Shown here piece by piece: positions 38,149 to 51,523 of a DNA stretch of 64,000 bases. Position numbers and translations under genes: made by a program. The notes below the pieces were generated by a model. It searched no databases. It was not told the origin of the DNA and was given only the letters and a program-made list of their open reading frames with translations. The stretch covers positions 49,786,001-49,850,000 of the forward strand of contig OZ336873.1 of the NCBI GenBank assembly GCA_965287045.1, in the 5' to 3' direction. The stretch is from Carcharhinus amblyrhynchos (taxonomy: Eukaryota). The first letter of the stretch is position 1, and every line of letters starts with the position of its first letter.

Positions 38149-39146
38149 TAACAGGCGACATCTGTGGAGAGAAAGAGTTAATGCTTCAGCTTGAAAGCCT
38201 GAGCCACAAGTGCTGTTTAATCTTCCAGATGTTTTCAATGTTCAGTAAGAGATGCAGCATCCAGCTGTTGAAATGGGGCCATTATCTCTTCCATGTAGGT
38301 TAGTTCTCCCTAGGATTGCACTGATGGCACGGAAAGGCATTGCGGCCTCCACCCGTGATCCAGCTGCTGTTTGACACAGGTGGAAGCAATGTTCCAGATT
38401 TGCTATTCCGGGAAACAGATGGAGCATTACAGCTGTGTTCATTGTTAAATTGGTCTGTGGGATTCACCGCCTGTGATTTGGCTCCAAACCATTCTGCTGA
38501 GAACAGACGCGTTTCTGGAAGGGAGCTGTGCTGAGAAATAGTTCTCAGACGTATTCAGACTGGCTTTTATGACATTACTTCTAAGATAATAGCCCAGCAG
38601 GGAGTAGAAACCAGTTTAATGTCAACCATTGGGATTAACGCCAACACTTCTGTTAACCAAAAATTCTGTGAAGCCATTAAATTGTTGCATTTTTTTAAAA
38701 TTGTCACTGTTCAACACGGAAGATCACACTGTGAGGTTTCTAAGCTTGAAATGCTGTACTATTTAAAATATACCATGTGGGCTCTTTGTGTGTAAACTCT
38801 GACATTGACAAATACTGAAATGTGCTTATCTCAATAATTATCCCATAGTCTCAGTGTCCTTCCCTCACAACCTCTGCACTGCCTACCTGCAGCAGGGTCG
38901 TGTGGGCTGTGGGCCTTCTGTGAGGGCATCAGCACTGCTCTCTCCTATCAGCTGACTGTTCCATACTGACTGATAATTCAAGATTTCATTGTGAGAACAT
39001 GACTAATGTCTGCTGTGCATCAGCCTGAGGTTATCCATTCAGCATACCAAACTAAAATTGGTCATATCCCTCCTCGCTGTCAATCAAACAATATTTCAAG
39101 TAAACATCTTGATCTATTTTAAATGCAAAATAGTGTGTATTCTGTT

Positions 39147-39272
39147 CAAAAGAACAGAAATTGCTGGAGAAACTCAGCAGGTCTGACAGCATCTGTGGAG
39201 GGAGAGTAGAACAGGGGTTCTCCTCGCTCTGTGCAGATGCTGTCAGACCTGCTGAGATTTTCCATCATCTTT
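39147..39272. mobile_element. Penelope-like family B fold-back copy
   Basis: ctcagcaggtctgacagcatctg ... cagatgctgtcagacctgctgag inverted arms. Confidence 0.7.
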
Positions 39273-39581
39273 AACTCTTTCATTACTTCGGATTAATAAA
39301 GATGGCCTGAGTGAAACACAGTTTTTCCTCTGACTATGTCCATTGTTTTTATGCTTTGTGGCATTTTGATAGTTACGTGCACTGCCTGCACTGCCCCCCC
39401 ACCACCGACCCCCCCCCCCCCCCCCCGGCCCCCACTTATTCCTTCTCCATCCCAGCCCCACGTCCTTAGATCAGTCCTTGGTCCTTTCCAGCAGGGTGTG
39501 TCTGCAACATAGGATGATTGCACACACTATTCAAACTAAATAGTGTACTAGAGTGACTGGAACGAAGTCTACAGAATTTAC

Positions 39582-39890
39582 CAGCACGATGGCTCAGTGG
39601 TTAGCAGTGCTGCCTCACTGCGTCAGTGACCCGGGTTCAATTCTGGCTTCAGGTCACTGTCTGTGTGGAGTTTGTACTTTCTTGTGTGGGTTTCCTCCGG
39701 GTGCTCCAGTTTCCTCCCACAGTCCAAAGATGTGTGGGTTCGGTTGATTGGCCATACAAAATTGACCCTAGTGTCCAGATGATTAGCAGGGTAAATATTG
39801 TGGAGTTACGTGAATAGGGCCTGGGTGGGATTGTGGTCAGTGCACACCTGATGGGCCAAATGGCCTCCTTCTGCACTGTCGGGATTATAT
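39582..39890 (+). mobile_element. V-SINE, tail type A
   Basis: Head, core and tail as above. Confidence 0.8.
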
Positions 39891-40269
39891 GTACAGGTGA
39901 CCTATATTTTTGCCACAAGGCAGAGATGTTTTCCTCTTCTATCAGTTATTCTCCTGAGGAGAAATTTCTAAGAAAATCTCCTGAGGAGATGATGCTGTAG
40001 TGGTAATGTTGCTGGGTTAGTTACCCAGAGGCCCAAGTTAATATTCTGGATACATGGGTTCAAATCTCACCCTGGCAACTAGTGGAGTCTAAATTCTGCC
40101 CCATAAATCTGGAATATAGAGCTATCTCAGTAATAGTGACCACAAAGCTTGTTGTAAAAACTCATTTGATTCACTGATGTCCTTTAGGGAAGGAAATCTA
40201 CTGCCCTTACCTATCAGGCCTACATGTGATTCCAGAGCCAGGGCAATGTGGTTGACTCCTAACTGCCTT

Positions 40270-40367
40270 CTGACGAAGGGTCATCTAGACTTGAAATGTT
40301 GGCTCTACTCTCTCTCTATGGATGCTGTCAGACCTGCTGAGATTTTCCAGCATTTTCTGTTTTTGTT
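40270..40367 (+). mobile_element. Penelope-like family B copy starting at its hammerhead core
   Basis: CTGACGA AGGGTC ATCTA GACTT GAAA TG TT GGCTC at 40270-40305, inserted in an older repeat. Confidence 0.7.
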
Positions 40368-41324
40368 CCCTCTAAACTGGCCTAGCAAGCCACTCAGTCC
40401 AAGGGATTAGGGATTAGGGATGCACAACAAATGCGTGCCCAGCCAGCAACGCTCACATCCCGTGAAAGAATTTTAAAAGACACTGAAATGTCAACAATCA
40501 ACATTGGATTAGCCATGTTTAGGATAAAGATTTGAAACTGCCAGGCAAAGAATAACGTTTGTTTTTTTAAAAATAATTTTCATATTCTAGTTATATATGA
40601 GAGCCAGGCTTCCTTACATTACTATGTCTCTTTGTCAGTACCTACCCATTGGCTGATTTCATCCACTATGAAAAGCTACACTAAGGGAATGGAGATGGCC
40701 TCTGTTTAGTTACATTGTGATTTGGGAGCTGGTTTCTGCTGGGCCAGAATGTGTGTGGCAGACACAGGAATGACAGAAAAGTCCTCTTGGGAAAACATAG
40801 CCCCTGCTGTATTACAGCATGGAAGGATAATTGTCTCGCATCAGAGACTATTGGAGATGAGCCAGTTTCACATGATGTAAATGCCTGGTGCTTTTTCTTT
40901 CCCATAAATGTTGTCTCCATAAATATTTGTAAATCAGCATCAGGACCTTAGTGCATTTAAAGTCACAGTAGTCTGTACCTGTGTTTTCCATGTTTAATTT
41001 TGACATCAATCTTTGCCACAGTATTTCCCAATATTTTGTGGCCTTTACCAGGCAAAATGCAAAGCCTTTCTACCATGCGGTTCACCAGGCCCCATTTAAT
41101 CTTACATAGCTGAGGATGCAGTCAGGTGCAGAGTGGATCCCAATACCATGCTTTAAAGGGGCCATCAAGCACTTTCAAGTTAGTTGCTGATCGATTTTTG
41201 TTAGGAATCAGGAGAGCTGCTGAAGGTTTGTGGTGGTATAGTTTGTGAAGTCTACAAGGCAGTAGTCTGGCACATGGTGAAAGCCTTGGTTCACACTTCA
41301 ACGGCTCTGCGCCTGACACTTACG

Positions 41325-41985
41325 TAGAATCCATTGAATCCCTATAGTGCAGAAGGAGGCCAACCAGCCCATTGAGTCTATGCCAAACCTCTGACATATC
41401 ACCCTACCCAGGCCCTAATCTGGTAGCCCTATGTATTTCCCACACCATTCCCCCTAATCTACATGTGGGGTGGCACTGTGGTTAGCAAAACTGCCTCACA
41501 ACTCCGTGGACCCGGGTTCAATCTGGCCTCAGGTGAGTAACTGTGTGAAGTTTTTTCCTGTGTCTGCGTCAGTTTCCTCCAGGTGCTCCAGTTTCCTCCC
41601 AGACTCCAAAGGCGTGTGGGTTAGGCTGATTGGCCATGCTAAATTGTCCCTTAGTGTCCTGAGATGCATAGGTTAGAGGGGTAAGTAATGTGGGGTGACG
41701 GGGGATAGGGCCTGGGTGGGATTGTTGTCGGTACAGACTCAATGGGCCAAATGGCCTCCTTCTGCACTGTAGAATTTCTATGATTCTATGATCTCTGGAT
41801 TCTAAGAGGCAATTTAGCAATGGCTAAGCCACGTATCATGCACATATTTACTGTGGGATGAAGCCAGAGCACCCGGAGGAAACCCACTCAGATACAGGGA
41901 GGACTTTCAAACTCCACACAGTCGTCCGAAGCTGGTATTGAACACAGGTTCCTGGCGCTGTGATGCAGCAGCGCTAACCACTTGC
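41325..41985. mobile_element. Nested V-SINEs: a minus copy interrupted by a plus copy (~41467-41792)
   Basis: Reverse tail, then a full forward copy, then reverse core and head. Confidence 0.75.
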
Positions 41986-42844
41986 TCTCAGTCATGGATG
42001 CTGTAGTTACCATTCCCCTTGGCCTGCAGCCTGCGCCTGAGAATGAGCAGAGTCAGCACAGAGCAGGAAATGCTGCTTAAAGAGAGAGGAGGGTGAGAAA
42101 GGCTTATAGAGGGAGGCTATGTCTATCCAGAGACCAATTCACTTGCCTCAGTTTAAGCCAGGAAGCGTGTACAATGTCTCCATTTCACTGATGACGTTCT
42201 CCCACCTCTTGCAGGTGGGAGAACCTCTTGCAGACAGGCTTGCAACTCGGAACAGGGGGAAAGATGGCACAGCCAATTGTGGGAAACGTGAGCATGGATT
42301 TGAAAGTCCTCACATCGGGCTCCTTCAGGTTGGAGCAAGCAACATTTTCAACATCTCACAGTTCACTGTCCACTGTTGTACGAGGGTGCTGACTGACCAG
42401 TCTGTACGGAAATAAGAGGGAATGCCACTCACTCTCTCAATACACAGAGTAACAGACTGGGTGAATGTATAGCATCACTGAGAGAGCTGTTTTCCCCATG
42501 GTGCCCAGTCACATTAACTGCACACATGTGGCTTTGCACGCAGAAATGTACCACAATTATAAAATAATTCCACTCCCTCAACACCCAACTGGTATGCAAC
42601 TTTCATCCACACACCATTCCGGTCAATAACCAGCTGCAGCATTGGTGCTGGAATTGTGTACCAGTCCAGTGTACCATCAACATTAATACCATTGACAGAG
42701 GGGGACATCTGGCAACCAGGGCTATCCGCTGCTCATCAGTTCATGGCAACCAATGTGCAACTCTCACCGACACCATGTACTTAATAACAGCCAAACTGCC
42801 ATACAAAGAGCACAGGTGTTTAAGCAACACCCCCACTGTCCCAG

Positions 42845-43101
42845 AGCTGCTCTGGGAGGGCTCACTGTCTGGGCTGCTCTGGGAGGGCTCACTGTCTGGG
42901 CTGCTCTGGGAGAGCTCACTGTCTGGGCTGCTCTGGGAGAGCTCACTGTCTGGGCTGCTCTGGGAGGGCTCACTGTCTGGGCTGCTCTGGGAGAGCTCAC
43001 TGTCTGGGCTGCTCTGGGAGGGCTCACTGTCTGGGCTGCTCTGGGAGGGCTCACTGGGCTGCTCTGGGACATCTCACTGTCTGGGCTGCTCTGGGAGGGC
43101 T
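42845..43101. repeat. 27-bp tandem repeat, ~9 copies
   Basis: gctgctctgggag(g/a)gctcactgtctgg; 9-aa periodicity in the ORF track. Confidence 0.92.
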
Positions 43102-44307
43102 CTGCAGAGCTTGGCATTGGGGTGTCATGATTGATTGTGTTCTATTCACAATCCCACCTTCACCTTGGTCACCAGTTATCTGATGAACAATTGACGAGGA
43201 GGAGGAAAGTCAGATACAACCAACAGATTCCTTACTCCAGCTGGACTGTCCATGACTGTCTATCTGACTCTGCTACAGTGAACACAACCCCAGTTTCCTA
43301 TTCACCCACTTCACTATCCTCTGTGACTGATCATCCTGTTCCTTTGGCCATATTGCTGATAGAAATAAAACACTTCAAAACAACCACTGCTAACATCCTG
43401 TATTCGCTTCAAAACTCAAATAATCACTCTTGTTTATTCTCCTGGTGGATTTCCCTGTCTCCATGCTCCTATATCTTGCAACCTGAATTATAACTGGCTG
43501 ACGTTCAGTGGGGAGACACTAGGTGGTCTTAGGGATGACATTTCGTAGCTATGTTCCTGGAAAGCTTGACATCAAACTGTACTAACACTGCAACACCAGC
43601 CTGGTGCCAGCTGGCTGATGGGCAGTGGCGAGAGGGTGAATATTATCATCCTGAGTGAGGATAGAGGGTTCATGCTCCCTGGAGCCTCTCCTGGAGCAGT
43701 GAGCGGAGGGGAGACAACATAACACATCAGCAATACTGGCAATGCATCAGACAGATTGCTGGAATGCTGTGACACTCTGCAAGTCCCTTTGATCCTTGTG
43801 TTAGTCTCATGGCAGCAAACTAAGCCTTTGTGACCTCAGTGAGAATGTCCGCGCGTTTATAATCCCCGTGTTTGAGAGTAAAACTTGACAATAGCAGGTG
43901 TGAAGTTGCACACAGACTGCTGCTTAGGTGTGTCCATCCGAGGGAGATTCCTGCCCAATTTGGCTCCAAATTTCAATTCAATTTGGAAGTTTCCAGAAAG
44001 CTGGGCCGCTGAAGTCATAGTATTTCAGTCCAGTATTTGTTGCCCATCCCTAATTGCCCCCTGAGTGTCTCACTCGGGCCATTTCGGGGGGTGTCATGTA
44101 ACATGCCTCCCCCCCCACCCCCACTGGCAAAGCAGCCATCTTCCAGTTTACAAGGGTCCATTTTAAAAGGTATACAAATTTTCTTCTAATTGTAATGTCT
44201 TCACAGACTGGCATGGCTCTCTACTGTACAGAGACTGCCAGCATCTGAGTTGGGCTAAAATTCGAAGGTGTTTGGCAAAACAGGGCCATGAGGATTTCTG
44301 TGAGTGG

Positions 44308-44421
44308 AACAAAAGCAGAAAATGCTGGAAAATCTGAGTGGGTCTGACAGTCTGTGTGGAAGGAGAACAGAGCCAATATTTGTTTCCGATTCCAACCGCT
44401 GCAGTATTTTGCCTTTACTAA
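44308..44421. mobile_element. Penelope-like family B copy with inverted segment and 9-bp TSD
   Basis: tgtgagtgg at 44299-44307 and 44422-44430. Confidence 0.65.
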
Positions 44422-44959
44422 TGTGAGTGGTTTGAGTGGGGAATTCACTGCCAGAGAATGTAATAGAGACAGATTCAAACGTGGCTTTCAAAAAAATTTG
44501 AACAATGATTTGAAGGGAACTGCATTTTCAGGGCAAAGCTTGGGAGTGGGATGAGGTGAGTGGCTCTTGCAGAGAGCCAGCATGAACATGACAGGACAAG
44601 TGGGCTCCTCATTTTCTCACTCTCTGATCAGTAACTGTGAGTGTGAGAACCAGTGTTTTTCCTTCATCGCTGTCTTCAGATCCCACCGTGGCAGCTGATG
44701 GAATTTAAAATTTAGTAAATAAATCTGGAATGAAAGACTGTGAGCATAAAAATATTGTTGATTGTCTTAAAAATCCATCTGGTTCATGAATGCCCTCGAG
44801 CAATGGGAATCAGGACTCCGAGCGGGCAAGAATATGGTCAACTTTTAAAAGGTGCCCTCTGCAATGGGCTAGCGAGACATGCTGTTGTATCAAGCCACTA
44901 TCGAAAAGTCAAAAAGGGATTGAACTGAACTGATCACCTTCATTAAGTTAGGCACCAGA

Positions 44960-47620
44960 AGCAACATCAGCCAGCACCTTGTTGATACTGCAAAGTCCTC
45001 CTCACTAATATGTGGGGACTTGTACTAAAATTGGGAGAGCTGTCAAATAAACCAGTCAAGCAACAAAGCAAACCAGTCAAGCAATAAAGACACACTTGCT
45101 GAATCATACCTTACAGAGACCTCAGACACCACCATCAGATAGTATCATACCCATTGAGTCTGACACACCAGAAACACTTGAACTCCCACCTAATCCCATC
45201 TATCAGCACTTGGCCCAGAGCCCTGAATGTCTTTTTTTTAAGTTAAGTTTATTTATTAGACATAAGTAAGGTTACATTACACTGCAATGAAATTACTGTG
45301 AAATTCCCGTATGTGCCAGGTGCACGTTCAGATACTTTTTAAAGGATGTGAGGCAATCTGCCTGTACCATCCTCCCAGGCAGCACATTCCAGACCAGCAC
45401 CACAAGAGCAAAGAAACTTCCAGCTGATCATCACTATCTGCACCCCTGCTCCCTCAGCTGATGAGTCAGTACTTCTCCATGTTGAACACCATTTGAAGGA
45501 AGCACTGAGGGTGAAAAGACATGAAATATATTTCAATGTCCATCATCACAAGAGTGGATCTAACAGCATTACTGACCAAGCTGGCCAAGTCCTAAAGAAT
45601 ATAGCTGCTAGTCTGTGGCAGGTGGTGAGGGAGCCATTAAGAGGGAAAAACCTACTTGACTTTGTCCTCACCAATCTACCTGCTACAGATGTATCTGTCA
45701 ATTACAGTATTGGTAGGAGTAACCACTGCACAGTCCTTGTAGAGTTAAAGTCCTATCTTCACACTATCATCTTATGTGGCATTACCACTGTGCTACATAG
45801 GAGAGATTTTGAAGATATCTAGCAATTCAAAATTGAGCATTCTTGAGGTGATGTAGGCCATCAGCAGCAGCAGAATTGTATTCAAATACAGTCTGTAACC
45901 TCATGGCCTGGCATATCCCCCATTATCATCAAGCCAGGGATCAACCCTGATTCAAAAAGGTCAGGAGGGCATTGTCAAGAGCAGTACCAGGCAGATCTAA
46001 AAGTGAGGTGTCAACCTGGCAAAGCTACCAAACAAAACTACTTGCTTGCTAAATAGTATGAGATAAACAGAGCTAATTAATCCCACAACTAATGAATCAG
46101 ATGCACAGTCTGCAGACCTGCTACATCCAGCCATGAATGGTGGTGGACAATTAAACAACTCACTGGAAGAGGAGGCTTCACAATGATAGAAGAGCCCAGT
46201 ACATCAGTGCAAAAGATACAACAATCACAACAATCTTTAGCAAGAAGTGCTGAGTGGATGATCCATCTTGGCCTCCTTTGGAGGATCCCAGCATCGCAGA
46301 TGTCAGTCTTCAGCCAATTCTATTCACTCCACATGATATTAAATGTTTGAAAGAATTGGATACTGTAAAGGCTATTGGCACTGAAAATATTCTGGCAATA
46401 GTACCAAAGACTTGTGCTGCAAAATTAACTGCACCCCTAGCCTGTTCCAGTAATGTGGAAACTTCTCCAGGTATGTCTTATCCATAAGAAGCAGGAAATA
46501 TCCAGCCTGACCAATTACTGCCCATCGGTCTACTCTCAATCCTCGGTAAAGTGGAGGAAGGGGTCATCAACAGTGCCATTGAGTGGTACTTACAAAGCAA
46601 TAGCCTGCTCAGGTCACTCAGCTCCTGATCTCATTACAGCCTTAGCCCAAACATGGACAAGTGAGCTGTATTCCAGAGATGAGATGAGAATGTCAGCCCT
46701 TGACATCAAGGCCACATTCAACCGAGTGTGGCTTCAAGGAGGCCTAGAAAAACTGGAGTTAAAGGGAATCAGGCTGAAAACACTCCGCTGGTTAAAGTCA
46801 CACTTGGCATAAAGTAGGATGGTTGTGGTGATTGAAGATAATCAACTCAGCTCCAGGACATAACTCAGGAACTCCTCAGGATAGTGTCCTGGGCCCAACC
46901 ACCCAGGTGTTTCATCAATGACCTTCCCTCCATTATAGGGTCAGAAGTGGGGTTGTTTGCTGATGACTGCACAGTGTTCAGCACCATTCATAACTACTGA
47001 AGCAATCCATGTCCAAATGCAGCAAGACCTGGACAGTATTCAGGTTTGTGTCGTTAAGTGGCAAGCAACATTCATGTTACAAGTGCCAGGCAATGACCAT
47101 CTCCAACATGAGAGGATCCAACTATTGTCCCTTGGCATTCAATGGCATTACCACCGCTGAATCCCTCGGGATGTTTAACTTCACCAGAAGTTAAACTGGA
47201 ATAACCGTATGAATACAGTGGCTGCAAGAGCAGGTCAGAGGCTGGGAATTATGTGGAAAGTAATTCATTTCCTGACTCCCAAAGCTGGTCCACCATCCAC
47301 AAAGTACAAGTCAAAAGTGTGACGGAATACTCCCTGCTTCTCTGGGTGAGTGCAGCTCCAACATTGGAGAAACTCAATGTTATCCAAGACAACGCAGCCC
47401 GGTTGATTGGCACCCCATCCACTAACATTCACTCCCTCCACCACCAACACATGGGGACAGCCATGTGTACTACCATCTACAAGATACACTGCAGGAATCA
47501 CCAAGGCTCCTTCAACAGCAAACCCACAATCTCTATCATCTAGGAGAACAAGGCTGACAGACACAGAGGAACACCACCACCTGCAAGTTCCCCACCAAGT
47601 CCCCTCCATGGATTAATAGG
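44960..47620 (+). mobile_element. Long decayed CR1/L2-group LINE (APE plus RT remnants)
   Basis: RGKNLLDFVLTN..SNH (APE C-terminus), LDTVKAIGTENI, SAPDLITAL, ALDIKATFNRVW, FADD. Same family as 12182-14135. Confidence 0.8.
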
Positions 47621-47739
47621 GACATTAGCAACATGGATACAAAATTGACCTATTAATAGGAAGCAGCAATTAACAGTCAAAGGATATTTTTCAAGTTGTA
47701 GAAAGGTTTATAATGGTATTGGAAACCTTCTTTTCAAGT

Positions 47740-48010
47740 AAAGTTTATTTATTAGTCACAAGTAGGCTTACGTTAATATTGCAATGAAGCTACTGTGAAA
47801 ATTCCCTAGTTTGGGCACACTGAGGGAGAAATTAGCATGGCCAATGCACCTAACCAGTACGTCTTTCAGACTGTGGGAAGAAACTGGAGCATCTGGAGGA
47901 AACCCACACAGACACGGGGAGAATGTGCAAACTCCACACAGACAGTGATCCAAGCCGGGAATCGAACCCAGATCCCTGGCACTGTGAAGCAGCAGTGCTA
48001 ACCACTGTAC
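47740..48010 (-). mobile_element. V-SINE, tail type B
   Basis: Reverse copy. Confidence 0.78.
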
Positions 48011-48379
48011 GAATATATTAATCATCTAAATTTTGGTGTGCAGGAGATGGTTTCAAACCTTGCAGATGACACAAAACTTGGATTTATTGTAAACTGTGAG
48101 GACAGCGAGGAACGTGGGGTGTGAACCCTGCCAGATTGAGCCAGCACTGGCACTGAGTGCAACACCCCTGGTTTCACTCTGTAATCTCCCCTCTCCTCTT
48201 TGAGGATGCAACACAGAGGAGGGGAATGTCTCCACAGGGAGCAGGGAAAGGAGAGGTGAGGACTGGGAAAAGGGAGAACAGGAAATCTCCACCTTACTCT
48301 GAAATGCAGAGAGGTAACAATAGAGAGAGCCAGAGGAGAACATTGTAGCAGGTCCAGCCCACACAGGAGGTCATTCACC

Positions 48380-49239
48380 CAGCGGAGACCATTTCATGAG
48401 TTTCTCATTGGGCGCCAGTCTTCTGCACATCTCCCTGCTGAAGATTTACAGAGTAATCAGTTCTGCAGCAGAAATCGACATGGAGCTGATTACAATATGG
48501 AAATCTCCATTTACATTTTGTTAGTAGGCCCACAGCTAAAATCTTTGGGCCTGCTAGTGTCCCCCACCACCGCCCCCTCCAACCCCTCAGGACTGGTTCA
48601 CTCCAGCAGGGCTTACAACTGCTCTCCACTAACAGGAACCAGGCAGCCAAGCCTTCTGGGGTGAAGAGGGGTCATTGAGGCTTTCCCAGGAGGTCACTGA
48701 TAAGAGGGGTTGCCCCTTGGACAGTGTCAGGCTGGCAGTGCCAGCCAGGGTGGGGAGGGGAAATTGGGCCACTAGGAGGAGGGGGGCAGCTGGTGGGGTG
48801 GTATTGGGAGATCGGGGCTGGCTGGGGCCGGGGACGGGGGTGGTAGGGGCGGCGGGGAGGACAGTGTGGGGGGATGGGACATGGGGCTTGCCCGGCAAGT
48901 TCCGGGAGGCCAGCGATCAGGAGGTGGAGGGCTCTGCAAGGCCAGCAATGGGATGTTGCGGGGCTGGCCAACGATCGGATTAGTCAGTGATCTGGAGGGG
49001 GGGCAATGTGGCACTGACAGATTGGCACATGCACAGTGGCCCACACAGCGCTATGCTGCCAGCCTCTCAGACAGGAACTAGGTCTCGCTCCCTGAATTTC
49101 AGAGGGAACCCCGCTAGCACATTCTGTGATGCATATTGTGTCGGAGATTCACTCTGGAAATTACACTGAAAAAATTGCCTGGATTACTCCCATTTTCAAG
49201 TGAATTGGGGACAGGGAATTATTTTGGGAGAATCCTGGC
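48380..49239. mobile_element. GC-rich non-autonomous Harbinger-like DNA transposon
   Basis: Terminal tttgggagaatcctggc; internal blocks shared with 49845-51488, 53893-55399 and 61154-62091. Confidence 0.55.
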
Positions 49240-49844
49240 TATTGTATTTTGAGTGAGTGAGTTCTAAATATCTGTTACCCTTTGTGCGAAAAAGTGCTTC
49301 CTGATTTTGACCCTCCTGGGTCCAGCTCAGATTTAGGACACACATCTCACTGGCTCCTGATTTCCTGTTCCGAGGTCCCAGCTTCCCTCTATCTAAATCC
49401 AATCAAACCCTTTTAACACTTTAAACACCTCGATCACTTCACCTCTTCCTCCCTCATTACTCGAGAGATTACAAGCAGCCTATCCTTATAATTCAACCCT
49501 CAAAGGAAAATTTGACAAGTAACTCACGACAAATATGGCCAGCATTTATTTTCCATCCCGAATTCAGAAGGGGGTGGTGAGCCACCTTCTGAGATCCTGC
49601 ACGGGATTTTACGGCCTCGCTCGTCCCAAAACGGTAAAATCCTGCCCAAGGATAACGGAACTTTCCACATTCTGCCCTTCAACACTCCGATTCCCGTGGC
49701 GGGTGGGGTGGTAAAATTCTGGCATCTGGGAATGTCACCCTGGGAAATCTGCGGTGTGCCCACCTCGAGTTCAGTATATCCTACCCAAGCTGCAGTGGCT
49801 AAAACCCAGCACAGTTCTCCTGATGTGATACAAACCGAATCTGT

Positions 49845-51488
49845 GGGCCCCAATTCTCCCATCCCACTGCGCTAATTTCGTGTTGGCCAATTCGTGGGGT
49901 TCGCGCCCTGCTAGCATCTCCAGGCACCAGATTTCTGCTGGTGTCAGATCCACGCTGGAAATCGGCAGGGAGGCACAAGGACTATTTAAATGATCATTTG
50001 TATATAACTTAAGTGTGATTAGTGGGCCTGGGGCTGAAGTCTCCAGGCCCACTTGCATCTTCCCACCACCACCCCCAGAGTGGTTCACTCCAGCAGGGTT
50101 TTGGGTACTTAAGAACATAAGAACATAAGAAATAGGAGCAGGAGTAGGCCATCTAGCCCTTCGAGCCTGCCCCGCCATTCAATAAGATCATGGCTCATCT
50201 GTCGTGGCTCAGTTCCACATTCCCGCCCTCTCCCCATAACCCTTAATCCCCTTGCCTATCAAAAACCTATCTACCCACGTCTTAAAAATATTTAGCGAGG
50301 CAGCCTCCACCACTTCAACGGGCAGAGAATTCCAGAGATTCACCACCCTTTGAGTGAAGAAGTTCCTCCTCAGCTCCATTCTAAACTGCCCCCCCCCCTT
50401 ATCTTGAGGCTGTGCCCTCTAGTCCTACTGTCCTTTCTGAGCGGGAAGAGCCTCTCCACCTCTATCCTATCCATCCCATTCATCATCTTGTATGTCTCAA
50501 TGAGATCTCCCCTCATTCTTCTAAACTCTAACGAGTACAAGCCCAGTTTATTCAGCCTCTCCCCATAGTTCAACCCCCTTAAACTCCGGTATCAGCCTAG
50601 TAAACCTCCTCTGCACTCCCTCCAAGGCCAAAATATCCTTGCGTAAGTGCGGCGACCAAAACTGCACACAGTACTCCAGCTGCAGCCTCACCCGTGCCCT
50701 GTACAGTTGCAGCAAGACCTCTCTACTTTTATATTCAATGGGTACCTCTCCAATAACGAGGAATTAGCAGCCTGAGTGAAGGGAGGAAATCGGGTCCCCT
50801 CAGAGGGTTGGCGGGGGGGTGCCCGTTGGGCATTGGCATCCTGACAGTGCCAACCTGGGCCCCCGGCACTGCCCAAGGGGCAAAATGCCGATGCCCAGGG
50901 GCAACTTAGGACTGCCCACTGGGCATATGGCAGTGCCAGGGTCCAGGACACACAGGGTGGGCTCTTGGAGCAGGCCCTGATGGGGCGGGTCCTGACGGTG
51001 ATTGGTGGGGATGTGTGGTCCCTCTGCCAATGGAAGAAGGGAGGCCAGCGATTGGGGGCAGGCTGGGGTGGGGTGGGGTGGGGTGGGAGGGGGCTAGCCA
51101 GGGGAGGGGTGGCCAACCTGCTGTGGGGGGCTGGCCCGGGAGAGCCAGCGATCTGGCCGTGGCTGGGGGGGGGGGAGGGGCGTGCAGAGGGCCGGCGTTA
51201 TGGGGGTTACAGAGCTGACCAGCAATTGGGAGGCCATCAGTGCGGGGCCAGTGCGCACAAACCGATCCCGGCATTGACAGTCAGCGTATGCGCAGTAGCC
51301 CTCTCAGGGCACTGGTTTCCAGTGGAAATACATCTCCCCCACTTGTTTTTAATAATATTCATGCTGGCAGCCTCTGGAGTGCAGAGCGTGGGAAATTCTT
51401 CTCTGAACTCCTGCTGAAAAAAAATGGTGAGTGAACTCCAGTGTTCCTGCGGATTGGAGACTTCGAATTTTCTTGGCAGAATTCCACC
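49845..51488. mobile_element. Non-autonomous Harbinger-like element with imperfect TIRs and 3-bp TSD, containing a CR1 insertion
   Basis: Left gggccccaattctccc, right ggcagaattccacc, flanked by tgt/tgt. Confidence 0.6.
50111..50738 (-). mobile_element. CR1 3' end, same young family as 20143-21112, TSD tgggtac
   Basis: Near-identical sequence; tgggtac at 50102-50108 and 50739-50745. Confidence 0.88.
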
Positions 51489-51523
51489 TGTGGAAATCTG
51501 AAGGTACCCGCTCCCGAAATTAC

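Noticed and set aside
42753-43134. Repetitive ORFs on both strands
   Set aside because: Product of the 27-bp repeat.
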